A stretch of DNA of 40,217 nt from a virus (Duplodnaviria; Heunggongvirae; Uroviricota; Caudoviricetes): the IMG/VR virus record IMGVR_UViG_3300042154_003418, positions 1 through 40,217 of that record. One strand, written 5' to 3'. The notes under the pieces are model-generated. The model had not been told where the DNA came from and made no database searches. It saw nothing but the letters and a program-made list of their open reading frames with translations. Position numbers and translations under genes: made by a program. Positions 23,600 through 34,400 of the stretch are shown here, one piece after another (within the stretch, counting starts at the first letter, position 1; each line of letters begins with the position of its first letter).

Positions 23600-24784
23600 A
23601 TGAGTTGGATAGCAAAATCACAAGACTGGATTCGCCAAAAGCTGAATCCTGCACAAGAACGCATTGCACAAGATGCTGGGACGCAAGTTGGTACGGATGC
23701 AAAGATCACGTACTTTCAAAGCTTTCAGAAGCTAGAAGCAGTTAATCGAAGTGTTAGTTTACTAGTAAACGCAGCAGCCAGCCTAGACTACGACGTCAAA
23801 GACAAAGTGCACGATGGTGTTGTTGCTGGCATTCGCCAAAAAACACTAAATACACTGCTTAACTTTCGTCCTAACCCTTATCAAAGTGCACAAGACTTTC
23901 GCAGTGCACTGTTCACAGATTTCGTACTAGAAGGCAATGCTTTCGTACACTTTGACGGTACTTTTATGTACCACCTGCCTGCAGACAAAGTAGAAATCAT
24001 GACTGACACCAAAACATTTATTCGTGGCTTCCGCTACAATGGATTGGTAGACTTCAAAGAGTCCGAAGTTTTTTACTTTCGTGACCTGAGTTCGGATAGC
24101 ATCTATCGCGGATCAAGCAGACTGGAAAGTGCAGATCGCAGCGTTAAATTGCTGTACTCAATGCAAACCTTTCAAGAAAACTTCTTTGATAATGGTGCTG
24201 TGTTTGGGCTAGTACTTACCACAGACAATACACTAAGTCAAGTTGCCAAAGAAAAAACAATTGCCTACTGGTTGCAAAAGTACAACGTCAAAAACGGTGG
24301 CAAGCGACCAGTGATCTTGGATTCAGGCCTAAAGCCACATCAGCTAGCCGAAACCAACTTCAAAGACATGGATTTTGATGTCAGCATCAAAACTCATGGC
24401 GAAAAAATCATGCAAGCTGTTGGCGTGCCGCCAATCTTGCTGCAAGGCGGCAACAATGCCAACATTTCGCCAAACCTTCGACTATTCTATTTAGAAACAG
24501 TACTGCCAATGAACCGCAAGTTTATTAGTGCTGTAGAACGCTACTTTGGTTACGACGTAGAAGCTATTACCAGCTCCGTTAGTGCCTTGCAGCCAGAATT
24601 AAAAGACATTGCTGCTTACCACTCAACTTTGGTAAACGCTGGTATTATTTCAGCCAACGAAGCTCGACAAGAGTTGCGCTATGAAGCCAAAGCCGGCAAT
24701 GATGATTTACGAATTCCTGCAAACATTGCAGGTTCAGCCGCAAATCCTAGCACTGGAGGACGTCCCGCCTCCACCAAGGAATAA
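23600..24784 (+). CDS. Portal protein (HK97/T5 pb7-like)
   Basis: PNPYQSAQDF, FFDNGA, GVPPILL, GIISANEAR. Confidence 0.92.
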   Translation: MSWIAKSQDWIRQKLNPAQERIAQDAGTQVGTDAKITYFQSFQKLEAVNRSVSLLVNAAASLDYDVKDKVHDGVVAGIRQKTLNTLLNFRPNPYQSAQDFRSALFTDFVLEGNAFVHFDGTFMYHLPADKVEIMTDTKTFIRGFRYNGLVDFKESEVFYFRDLSSDSIYRGSSRLESADRSVKLLYSMQTFQENFFDNGAVFGLVLTTDNTLSQVAKEKTIAYWLQKYNVKNGGKRPVILDSGLKPHQLAETNFKDMDFDVSIKTHGEKIMQAVGVPPILLQGGNNANISPNLRLFYLETVLPMNRKFISAVERYFGYDVEAITSSVSALQPELKDIAAYHSTLVNAGIISANEARQELRYEAKAGNDDLRIPANIAGSAANPSTGGRPASTKE

Positions 24785-24798
24785 CACAAAGGGGTATT

Positions 24799-26724
24799 AT
24801 GGTAGATAAAAGTAAAGTACTGTTTATAAACAGTTCTTTTACAAAGAGCAGTCTACCTGCCGCAGACGAAGCTGATGAAAGCGTAACCATTGAAGGTTAT
24901 GCATCCACAGTTGACGTTGATAGACATGGTGATATTGTTCCTGCCAGCGTGTGGGAAAAAGGTGTCGAGAACTACTTGAAAAATCCAGTAATTCTTGCAT
25001 ACCACAATCACAGTGAACCTATCGGCAGGATGATCGAGCATCGCGTTGACGCAAAAGGTTTGTGGATTAAAGCCCGAATCTCTAAAGCGGCTGGAGATGT
25101 TTTTAGTCTTGTAAAAGACGGCGTGCTAACCGCCTTTAGCATTGGTTTCCGTATCGCTGATGCGGAATATAATTCAGCCTTAGAGCTGTTTGTTGTAAAA
25201 GAACTGGAACTGCACGAAATCTCAGTTGTGAGTGTTCCAGCTAATCAAAATACACTATTTAGTCTTTCTAAGGCGTTTAACACGGCCGAAGAATTTAAGA
25301 GTTTCAAACTGCAATTTGCTAACCCAAGCGACTCAGCTAAAGGGCTAGAAGCCTCCGGCGAAGCAAAAAGCGAAATTAACGAGGAATGGAAAATGGATCC
25401 AAAAGAACTACAAAAAATGTTGGCTGACGCTGCTACTGCTGCTGCCGAACAAGCCACTAAGTCTCTGCTAGCTGCTCAAGAAAAAGCTGCTACTGAAAAA
25501 GCTGCTGCCGATGCGCAACAAGCTGACCTAGACGCAAAAATCAAAGCTGCTGTTGCACTAGCAACACCAAGCACAACTGGTGCTGAAGCACTACTAGCCG
25601 AAGTTGAGAAGCGTTTTGCTGCTCAAGCCGACGAAACTAAGTCTGTGGTTGCAGGCCTAGAAGCTAGCCTAAAAGAGAAGGCAGCTGAATTAGAAGCCAT
25701 TCAAAAATCACGTATGCAATTCACAGACAACAAAGCCGGTGAAATGTCTTATGCTGACAAAGAAAAGGCGGTTCTGTTAGCCAAAATGGCTGGCCGAGGT
25801 TTAGAAGGCACTAAGTTTGGCCAACAAATGGTCCAAAAGTATGGTGCTCACGTTCCAAGTGCAACTTGGGAACTAGAAGTTTCACTAAACATGGAAAACG
25901 AAGTTCGCCGTCGTTTAGTTGTTGCTCCTAACCTACGTGGTATTGCAATGCAAACCAACGTGATGACTATTCCTGTGAACCCAGAAGCTGGTGTTGCAAC
26001 ATGGATGGCTAACACAGCATTCGGTACAACAGCCTCAGCTGGTAGCAACGCAACACACGCGCTAAAAGAAATCACTTTAAACGCATACAAAGTTGCCACA
26101 AACGAATATGTTGCATACGAAGAAGAAGAAGACAGCTTACTGGCAATTATGCCTGTTATCCGTGACGCCATGGTTCGCCGTGTTGCTCGCGCTGTTGACC
26201 GTGCTATGCTGCGTGGTGAAGGCACAGGAAGCGACCCAGTTAAAGGTCTAGCAGGTTATGACGCAGTAAGCGCAGTTACACTAGATGTAAGCGATGCTGA
26301 CAAAATGACAGTTGCCAAGCTACAAGCTATGCGTCGTGACCTAGGTGCTTGGGGTCTAGATCCTTCAGAACTAGTTTACATCGTAAGCACAGAAGGTTAC
26401 TACGATCTGTTAGAAGATACAAACTTCCTAACGGTTGACAAAGTTGGCACAATTGCTACATTGTTAACAGGTCAAATCGGTGCAATTGGTAACACACCAG
26501 TTATCGTAAGTGCCGAATTCGCAGACAAGGCTGCTAACTCTGTTGGCGCTATCTGTTTTGCACCAGGTAACTTCTTGGTTGGTAATCAGCGCGGTCTACG
26601 TGTTGACACACAAGACCTAGTAGAAACACAACGTCGTGTTATGGTAGCTAGCCTACGCACTGGCATGACTCAAGTTACAACTAACCTAGGCCCAGCAGTT
26701 TCGGCCCTACGTTACGTAGCTTAA
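24799..26724 (+). CDS. Prohead protease fused to HK97-fold major capsid protein; internal start at 25393
   Basis: S78 protease motifs (EGYAST..DRHGD, HNHSEPIG, FSIGF, EISVVSVPAN), then delta domain and capsid; GAGGA RBS before the in-frame ATG at 25393. Confidence 0.9.
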   Translation: MVDKSKVLFINSSFTKSSLPAADEADESVTIEGYASTVDVDRHGDIVPASVWEKGVENYLKNPVILAYHNHSEPIGRMIEHRVDAKGLWIKARISKAAGDVFSLVKDGVLTAFSIGFRIADAEYNSALELFVVKELELHEISVVSVPANQNTLFSLSKAFNTAEEFKSFKLQFANPSDSAKGLEASGEAKSEINEEWKMDPKELQKMLADAATAAAEQATKSLLAAQEKAATEKAAADAQQADLDAKIKAAVALATPSTTGAEALLAEVEKRFAAQADETKSVVAGLEASLKEKAAELEAIQKSRMQFTDNKAGEMSYADKEKAVLLAKMAGRGLEGTKFGQQMVQKYGAHVPSATWELEVSLNMENEVRRRLVVAPNLRGIAMQTNVMTIPVNPEAGVATWMANTAFGTTASAGSNATHALKEITLNAYKVATNEYVAYEEEEDSLLAIMPVIRDAMVRRVARAVDRAMLRGEGTGSDPVKGLAGYDAVSAVTLDVSDADKMTVAKLQAMRRDLGAWGLDPSELVYIVSTEGYYDLLEDTNFLTVDKVGTIATLLTGQIGAIGNTPVIVSAEFADKAANSVGAICFAPGNFLVGNQRGLRVDTQDLVETQRRVMVASLRTGMTQVTTNLGPAVSALRYVA

Positions 26725-26731
26725 TACCCAG

Positions 26732-26755
26732 CAAGACCCTTCGGGGTCTTGTTTT
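26732..26755 (+). terminator. Intrinsic terminator after the capsid gene
   Basis: CAAGACCC-TTCG-GGGTCTTG-TTTT. Confidence 0.9.
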
Positions 26756-26800
26756 ATAAATGTACTCTGGTGCATTTATAAAACAAGAAAGGTATGCTAA

Positions 26801-27367
26801 ATGGGACTAAATTTAATCACAAAAGCGGAATATAAAACATACGCTAGCATCACCAGTACTAATCAAGATGCAGAAATCGACCTACTGATTCCAAAAGTAA
26901 GCGAACTAGTAAAAACATATTGCCGCCGCACATTCGTAGACTACTACGACGAAGCAAAAACTGAAGTATTTGACGGAGGCTACGGCTCGCTGATATTAAA
27001 AGAAACACCTGTTACACAAGTTATCAGTGTTCAACAAAGCACCGACTATGGCCAAACTTACACTAAACTAACAAAGTTTGCAGATTGGGTACCCACAGGA
27101 GATTTTGTAGTAGCAATTGATCCCAGCGGATTTAAGCCAATGATCAATGGTTACAAGGTAAGCTATTTTGCTGGATACGAAACAGTACCAGAAGACTTGC
27201 GTTTGGCAGTACTAGACTTGGTTACATACTATCGCAAAAATGATGGTGCTATTCATTCAACTAAAGCACCCGGCACAAACGCCGTACAGATTGAATATAT
27301 TTCAACTACTAGCTTGCCTGCACATATTAAACGAGTACTAGACTTTTATGTGGCGGATTATACATGA
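26801..27367 (+). CDS. Head completion / head-tail connector (T5 p144-like)
   Basis: LITKAEYK.Y, ID.LI..VS..VKTYC.R, Y.AGY..VPEDL.LA; position after capsid. Confidence 0.8.
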   Translation: MGLNLITKAEYKTYASITSTNQDAEIDLLIPKVSELVKTYCRRTFVDYYDEAKTEVFDGGYGSLILKETPVTQVISVQQSTDYGQTYTKLTKFADWVPTGDFVVAIDPSGFKPMINGYKVSYFAGYETVPEDLRLAVLDLVTYYRKNDGAIHSTKAPGTNAVQIEYISTTSLPAHIKRVLDFYVADYT

Positions 27368-28806
27368 GTGCTGAAAACTTTATTAAGATTTTTAAAGATA
27401 AAAGAAAAAATATTGATGAAGTATCAGACTATGCCGATTATGCTCAGTGGACTAAAACGAATAAGACCTGGTTTAACAAGAACCGAAGTGAATTAGAGGA
27501 TCTAGGCTTAAGTAAATATGTGGGATTAGTCGTATCTCAAACAAAAGCAGATGAATTAGGCGTAGGTAACGCTTTTAAGGCTTTGGCCGCAGAACATTCT
27601 GGTAATACCTCAAATGAGAAAAAGCCTATTGTAGATATTATAGATGGGGTACCCGTAATACTATTTTCCGATGTTGCATTTAAAGACGGAATTGAACGAA
27701 CCCTAGATAAGTATTTTGGTAAAGGTACTAGCACTAAGTTTAAAGATTTAGGCTTGATTAAAGGTCATATATATGGTTTCATGACTGGCGCCGTACTAGG
27801 TGCTAGAGATGACTTATATAACTTTCTTACGTCTTCTAAAAATGAAGCCCTGCCTATTATGTCAGAGAATGAAGCAGACTACGCTTTAAACTTTTTAGAT
27901 ATATTGATAAGGCACTTACAGAAGTTGGATATTGAGTCCGCAGAACTAAAAACTCTAAGTAGTCCTGCGTTTTTAAAGTATAATAAGAGTGCTACCAACT
28001 TTATAATTGAATTACAGTCGGAAGTAGATAATGCAGCTTCCGCAAAATTAGTTCAAAAATTAGCTGGGCAAAAATCGGGAAGTACAGGTATTCGTGCTTT
28101 AGTTAATCCTACAAGCACCCAGCAAAAAGCCCTAGAGGGCATCTTAGAAATACTGAAATCGGACAAGTCATTTTCACCTGAAGAAATACTGGACTTTAAA
28201 AGTTCTCCTTCACTAAAGGACTTAATAGTAGACGAGATACTAAGCGAAGGTTTTGGCCTAAGTAGAAAACATCCAAAAAATATATCTAGCCCTAGAATTA
28301 AATTACCTAGTAATATTATTACTGCATATGTCAATCAAGAGGCTAAGAATAAATATAGAAAAGACTTAAAAGGCACTATCAATGACGCAAAAGCTAGTAT
28401 GCAAAAGATCAAGGCTACTAAGCAAAAGCACAAAGAAGTACGCAGACGACTAAAAAATGTTACTGGGGCTGCCGGAGTTACTAATCTAAATAGCCTGCAT
28501 AGCCTTCTTAATGCACAGCTACAAGATGTAATCAGTGCCAACATGGGTGACGGAAATTCACGCAATGTACTAAACTACAGAACAGGTCGATTAGCTAGTA
28601 GTGCTAAGGTTGAAAAGCTAAGTGAGTCTCGCACAGGTATGATTACTGCTTTTTATAGTTATATGAAAAACCCGTATGCAACTTTTAGTGAGGGTGGTCG
28701 TCAGCAATATCCCAAATCGCGTGACCCTAAACTGCTGATATCAAAGTCAATTCGCGAAATTGCAGCAACCCAAGTAGGTAACAGATTAAGGGCAGTAAAC
28801 GTATGA
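27364..28806 (+). CDS. Tail completion protein (T5 p143-like C-terminus) with a long N-terminal extension
   Basis: LNYRTGRLASS, YSYMKNPYATF, RDPKLLISKSIREIA; synteny. Confidence 0.7.
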   Translation: MSAENFIKIFKDKRKNIDEVSDYADYAQWTKTNKTWFNKNRSELEDLGLSKYVGLVVSQTKADELGVGNAFKALAAEHSGNTSNEKKPIVDIIDGVPVILFSDVAFKDGIERTLDKYFGKGTSTKFKDLGLIKGHIYGFMTGAVLGARDDLYNFLTSSKNEALPIMSENEADYALNFLDILIRHLQKLDIESAELKTLSSPAFLKYNKSATNFIIELQSEVDNAASAKLVQKLAGQKSGSTGIRALVNPTSTQQKALEGILEILKSDKSFSPEEILDFKSSPSLKDLIVDEILSEGFGLSRKHPKNISSPRIKLPSNIITAYVNQEAKNKYRKDLKGTINDAKASMQKIKATKQKHKEVRRRLKNVTGAAGVTNLNSLHSLLNAQLQDVISANMGDGNSRNVLNYRTGRLASSAKVEKLSESRTGMITAFYSYMKNPYATFSEGGRQQYPKSRDPKLLISKSIREIAATQVGNRLRAVNV

Positions 28807-29240
28807 GTCGTAGAACTTCAATTGTAAAAGCGCTAGCAGAAAAACTTAAACTAATTGACGGCAACCTACCTTATCAAGTCAATCTTAGTAATAACGCATT
28901 TGCCAAGCTAAAGTTCTGGGACGAAGTCCAAGACTTTCCTGCGGTGTACTGCACACCGGGTTCGGAAATGCGTGAATACCATCCAGGCGATTTCGCATGG
29001 GGATTTTTAGGTGTTGCTGTTAAAGTTTACTGTCGCGGCGAAGAAGCTCAAGACGAGCTTGAAAAACTATTAGAAGACATAGAGCATTGCGTAGACAGCA
29101 ATAGAAATCTGGTCTATGATACCAATACTGGATATGATACCACAGAGATTTTAATCCAGTCAATTACAACTGATGAAGGGCTATTAGCTCCCTATGCGGT
29201 TGGTGAAATTAACTTACAAGTCCGATACCAGATTATGTAA
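28803..29240 (+). CDS. Tail terminator (T5 p142-like)
   Basis: FWDEVQDFPAVY, SITTDEGLLAPYAVGEI. Confidence 0.8.
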   Translation: MSRRTSIVKALAEKLKLIDGNLPYQVNLSNNAFAKLKFWDEVQDFPAVYCTPGSEMREYHPGDFAWGFLGVAVKVYCRGEEAQDELEKLLEDIEHCVDSNRNLVYDTNTGYDTTEILIQSITTDEGLLAPYAVGEINLQVRYQIM

Positions 29241-29317
29241 GAAACCGTACCGAACGTGCCAGCAACAGATAAATGTCTAGTTAAGGTACCGTGGTACTAA
29301 CTAAAAGGAAATGAGAT

Positions 29318-30451
29318 ATGTCATTTAATTTAATTCGCAACAGTCGAGTATTCTTTACTACGAACGTTAATTCAGGCACAGGTGTAGTGGCCTCAACAGG
29401 CTTTACTCCAACTAACACACGTGAAATCCAAGTATTGGATGGTTTCAGCTTTAGCCAAAACACAACTCAAGAAACTGTTACACTAAACGAAGCCGGTGCT
29501 ACACCTGTTCGTGGACAGCGCAGTTTTAACACAGCTCTTGATCCAGCAGACTTTTCGTTTACAACTTATATGCGCCCTGCTGACAGTGGTGTTAATATTA
29601 CTTGTGAAGAATCTGTGTTATGGAACGCAATGTTCTCTGATGGTGCTATTGGCAGCGGCACAGCTGCTTGGACTGACGGCGTTGCCGCAGCTACTTGTAC
29701 AGTTGAAAACAGTGATACTCACCAGCTACAAAAGTTTGGTATGATTATTACTATTGACACCACTACATTTATTATTGATAACTGTGTGTTAAACACAGCC
29801 ACAATTGATTTTGGACTAGACGCTATTGCATCAATTCAGTGGGCAGGTCAAGGCGGTGTGCTACGTCAAATCGCAACACCAACACTAAGCGGTACTGGTA
29901 CTATTACTTTTGCAGGCAGCTTAACTGGTACTGCATTGGGTAAAAACACAACAGCTCCTTATATTGCCAACAAATTGTCAACAGTTACCTTGGATGCTGG
30001 CATTGGCGCAGGTGGTACAGCATACACACTAGCATTAACTGGTGGTAGCTTAACAATCTCCAACAACGTTACTTACTTAACGCCAGCTAACTTAGCTGAA
30101 GTTAACAAGCCAGTTACTTACTTTACTAGCACTCGTGCTATTAGCGGTACTCTAAACTGCTACTTGCGTACAGGTAGCGGAAACAGTGCCGACCTAATGT
30201 CGCAAATGTTAGCAACTTCTAGCAGCGATGTTAACCCTGCTTACTACATTAAGATTGCAGTGGGTGGAAGTGCTAACGTAACACACGTTGACTTTACAAT
30301 GCCTGCCGTTGTACTTTCTATTCCAGCTGTAAACGCTGAACAAGTTGTTTCAACAACTATCAACTTTACTGCACAAGGTTACACAGGTTCTGCATTTGAC
30401 ATTGGTCAATCAAACGAACTAACTATCGACTACGTTACAGCAAACGCTTAA
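29318..30451 (+). CDS. Tail tube protein (T5 pb6-like, without C-terminal Ig domain)
   Basis: RNSRVF, EIQVLDGFSFSQ, EAGATPVRGQRSFNTALDP.DFSF.TY. Confidence 0.85.
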   Translation: MSFNLIRNSRVFFTTNVNSGTGVVASTGFTPTNTREIQVLDGFSFSQNTTQETVTLNEAGATPVRGQRSFNTALDPADFSFTTYMRPADSGVNITCEESVLWNAMFSDGAIGSGTAAWTDGVAAATCTVENSDTHQLQKFGMIITIDTTTFIIDNCVLNTATIDFGLDAIASIQWAGQGGVLRQIATPTLSGTGTITFAGSLTGTALGKNTTAPYIANKLSTVTLDAGIGAGGTAYTLALTGGSLTISNNVTYLTPANLAEVNKPVTYFTSTRAISGTLNCYLRTGSGNSADLMSQMLATSSSDVNPAYYIKIAVGGSANVTHVDFTMPAVVLSIPAVNAEQVVSTTINFTAQGYTGSAFDIGQSNELTIDYVTANA

Positions 30452-30464
30452 TCGGTCTTTTTAA

Positions 30465-30496
30465 AGGGTTGGCCTGATCCCCAACCCTCTTTTTTC
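30465..30496 (+). terminator. Intrinsic terminator
   Basis: AGGGTTGG-N8-CCAACCCT followed by a T run. Confidence 0.75.
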
Positions 30497-30512
30497 AACC
30501 TAATACAATAAT

Positions 30513-30932
30513 ATGTCAAATATCTCTTTAAAATCTCTGTTAGTTCCTTCAAAATCTGTAGAGGTCGAGTACCCTGGATTTGCTGGGTTTAAAATTAGTG
30601 TTGCGTTCTTATCGCGTGAAACACTTTTAAACATTCGTAAAAAGTCAACTAAGACCAGCTTCAAAAACCGTCAGGCATCTGACGATTTCAACGAAGACAT
30701 GTTCTTGCAGCTTTATGTTGAAAATGCTGTAAAAGGCTGGAGTGGGCTAAAACTAAGTTACTTGGAGCAGCTAGCACCAGTTGACTTAACAGGACAAAAT
30801 CTTGAAGATGAGCTGGAGTATACTGCAGAAAATGCACTGTACTTGATGAAAAATTCCAGTAACTTTGACGCATTTATTAGTGAACAGGTATCAGACTTGG
30901 GAAACTTTTCCACGAGCAGCAACAAACGCTAA
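30513..30932 (+). CDS. Tail assembly chaperone (gpG-like)
   Basis: Position between tail tube and TMP; slippery heptamer near its end. Confidence 0.75.
   Translation: MSNISLKSLLVPSKSVEVEYPGFAGFKISVAFLSRETLLNIRKKSTKTSFKNRQASDDFNEDMFLQLYVENAVKGWSGLKLSYLEQLAPVDLTGQNLEDELEYTAENALYLMKNSSNFDAFISEQVSDLGNFSTSSNKR
30899..30905 (+). other. Programmed -1 ribosomal frameshift site G GGA AAC
   Basis: XXXYYYZ heptamer in the correct phase; the -1 frame stays open into ORF 30953..31291. Confidence 0.8.
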
Positions 30933-30952
30933 GCGAGCTGCTCACTAACTAC

Positions 30953-31291
30953 ATGCAAAACTCCAGTGTTGGTATGACCAAAGACCAATACTACGAGATG
31001 TGTGAAGCACTTGGTACTGAACCGCTTGAGCATGAAGTACCAGTGGAGTTAGAAGATTTTCCAATTGAAATGCAGCAAGCATTTGCAGTGTACCGAATGT
31101 TACGAGATGAGTGGGATAGTATGAGTGGTCTTTACCTAGGCAAAAGCCTAATAGGTATCACAGAAGTATTGTCAGCCACAGAAATCGAAGCAGAAGACAC
31201 TAAGTTTATTACTATGTTAGTTAGGTTAATAGACTATGTTCGTGCGCAAGAAATAAACACCAAAAAAGCAAACCAAAAACCCGCGACTTAA
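30953..31291 (+). CDS. Tail assembly chaperone C-terminal part (gpT-like, frameshift product)
   Basis: In the -1 frame relative to 30513. Confidence 0.75.
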   Translation: MQNSSVGMTKDQYYEMCEALGTEPLEHEVPVELEDFPIEMQQAFAVYRMLRDEWDSMSGLYLGKSLIGITEVLSATEIEAEDTKFITMLVRLIDYVRAQEINTKKANQKPAT

Positions 31292-31308
31292 AACCTCGCG
31301 GGTTTTTT
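31275..31308 (+). terminator. Intrinsic terminator
   Basis: AAAAACCCGCGA-N9-TCGCGGGTTTTT. Confidence 0.8.
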
Positions 31309-31327
31309 GCGTTAAAAATTTTTTGGT

Positions 31328-31356
31328 TTGACACTGGAATGGTTACATGATATAAT
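31328..31356 (+). promoter_or_regulatory. Sigma70-like promoter for the TMP operon
   Basis: TTGACA-N17-TATAAT. Confidence 0.75.
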
Positions 31357-31416
31357 GGTCTGTAGCAAAAATTGATGCAATTTTAAAAGCCAATAGTTCT
31401 AAGTAAAGGAGCAATA

Positions 31417-34400
31417 ATGGCAACAGTAAAAATTAATTTAAGTCTTGAAGATACTAGTAATAGTGTTAAAGCACGTAAAAAAGACGTTGAAGATTTAAAC
31501 AAAGAATTAACAAAAACAAAACAGCTTAGTACTGGAACTCAAAGTGGTAGTCGAGCTGTAAAAGCAAGCCTTACGCCTGGTATGGGCGGAGAAGGCACAG
31601 AGTATGGTCGAGCTCGTGGCGGTATGGGTGCCACAGGTGCAGCAGGCCGTGACTTTGCTAACCAAGCGCAAGGCTTGGGCGGATTAGTTCGCCTATATGC
31701 AACATATGCTGCCAACGTATTTGCAGTAAGTGCTGCTTTTAATGCACTGTCTCAGGCAATGAATACCACTAACATGGTAAAAGGTTTGGATCAGCTTGGT
31801 GCGGCGAGTGGCGTAGCTTTAGGCAGCTTAGCTAAACGATTTGAGCAAGCTAGTGGCGGTGCTATTAGTTTGCGTGAAAGTATGGAAGCCACAGCCAAGG
31901 CTGTTTCAAGTGGGCTATCGCAAGCACAGTTCTTGAAACTTGGTGAAGTAGCTAAAAAAGCTTCTCAGGCACTTGGCGTAGGCATGAGTGATGCAGTTAG
32001 TCGTCTAACACGCGGTATTACTAAACTAGAACCTGAATTGCTGGACGAATTGGGTATTTTTACCAAAGTTGGTAAAGCCACAGAAGACTATGCTCGTAGT
32101 GTTGGTAAAAGCGCAAATGCACTAACAGACTTTGAACGTCGTCAAGCATTTGCAAATGCTGTGCTAGCTGAGGGAGCCCAAAAATTTGGTGAAATTAAGA
32201 TTGATACCAATCCTTACGATAAGTTACTGGCTACATTAAAAAACGTAGCTCAAAGTATTGGTGAAATAATTAACGTGGCAATTGTTCCGCTTGTAAGCTT
32301 ACTAGCTTCTAGCCCTGCAGCCCTTACACTTGGTATCGCTGCACTTGGTTCTATGATTGTCAAGCAAGCAATTCCTGCTATTGGCGAATATCGTAAAAGC
32401 TTACGTGAAGCTGCTGCTGTATCTAAAGAACTTGCAGAAAATAAACTAGCTCGTGCAGAAGGTGTTGCAGAAGCCCGTAGAGCAGATATAAAAGCACGTT
32501 CAGAAGCCGCAGCCGAACTAGCTACTACTAAAGTTCAAGAATTGGAAGATAAGCTGCGCAATCAGTCAAGCGGCCGAATTCGTAAAGATGTGCAAAAAAT
32601 ATTGGCACCTACTCGTAGTATTCTAGATATTAAAGATACTGAAATAGCTAAACTAGACTCTATAGGTAGTAAACTAAAAACGCAAGATAATATATATAAG
32701 CAATTAGCTGCAACAATTAATGAAGCAAAAAATGCTAATTTAGCCTATATTAAAACAGAAAAAGATCTAGAAAAAGAACGTCAAGAAAAACCTGGTAAAG
32801 CATCAACATTAGGTGTTCTGCGTGCAGATGCAGAGCGTCAGCGTAAAAGTGCTGCCGGTTCAGAAATTATTAGCAAAGCTGGAGATACTGCTGCTATTGA
32901 TGGATTCCGTGTGGCCTACGCGGAAATGATCGAACAGATTAAAACTGAAAAACTTGGTAAAGTACGCGGAGCTATAACCGGTATAGCTGGAGCAGCTAAT
33001 GCAGCCATTACTCGTATAGGCGGACTCGTCAGTGCTTTTAGTGGCTGGATAGCAGTAATTACAGCAGTTATTGGAGCTTACCAAATGTTAAGCGGATTAC
33101 TATCTAGTAATGCTGCAGAACAAGAAAAACTAAATGAAACATTAACTAACGGAACAGAAGCCGTCAAAGCTTTAAACTTAACTTACGATAAGTACCGTAC
33201 TAGTTTAAGCAGTGATGCTATTATTGCTACTGCAACTGCATTTACAAATCTAAGTGACAATATAGGATCTACAGTAAAAGCTCTTCAAGAAGCCGACGCT
33301 AAGTCGGGAGTGTTTGATCGATTTATTGATGGTATAAAATCTGTGTTTGGTCAAGACCTAAAATCAGATTTTGAGCGTGGAATTGCTTTTCAAGTTTCAG
33401 AAGGTTTGAAGGGGATCACCGACCCTAAACTTAAGAAAACCGCAGAAAATAAACTAAAAGAACTACTTGGTATTCAAACACTAACAGCCAAAGCTATTAG
33501 TGGAGCACTAAGCGATATTGACAAGTCCGAGATTATTGCCAAAGGTGAACAAATTGCCAAAGTGTTCGATGCAGCAAGCCGTGCCGGACAAAAAACAGCA
33601 AATACCTTGAGTGCAATAAAAGACGGTTTTACTGCACTTGATCGATCATATACAACCTTATCTAATTCAATAACTCAAAAAGATCCGCTAACAGACTTTG
33701 GCAGAGAACTTGCAATGCAAGGTTTTAACTTAGCCGAAGCGTTTAAGGATCCTGTGGCAAGTGTAAGCGCACTTCGTGATATCTTAACTGATGTTAGTAA
33801 ATTAAAGCTACTGTCTCCTGAATCACAACAGATTTTAATACAAAGCAAGGACGCATTTCTATCTTTGGCTAATTCTGCTGAATTTTATGAAAAATTAATA
33901 GTTGAATCAGAAAAACGCGTAAAAGGTCTAGAAAAGCAACGTGATAGTAGACTTAATAAAGCCCCTATACAAAAACAGCTTGATCGTGAACAATCCGACC
34001 TTGCCCGTTTCCGTGATAGATTATCAGATACTAAGGCAGGGCTACAGGTAATTTCCAAAGAGTTTGCACGTGCTAGTGAAGAATCAATCAAAAAAGGCTT
34101 TGAATTAGTAGAAGGAAGCTTTTCCAGAGCTCTAGCAGCCGGAGTTTTAAATAATCAAAAAGCTTTGCTGGATTACTTACCTAAAACAGAGGGTACGCTG
34201 TCTCTGGGTGTGTCAATAGAAAATCAAAAACTTGAGCTACAAAAACAAGAAATATTGGAAACTCAACGCTTGATCAAAGAAATGGAACTATTGCCTATAC
34301 GCCTTGAAAAGGCATTGCTAAGTGCTGATATAGAAAAACTTCTTTTAACTGAAACTTCCGGACCAGTCAGACAAGCGGCTAGGGATAATCCAAGACTAAA

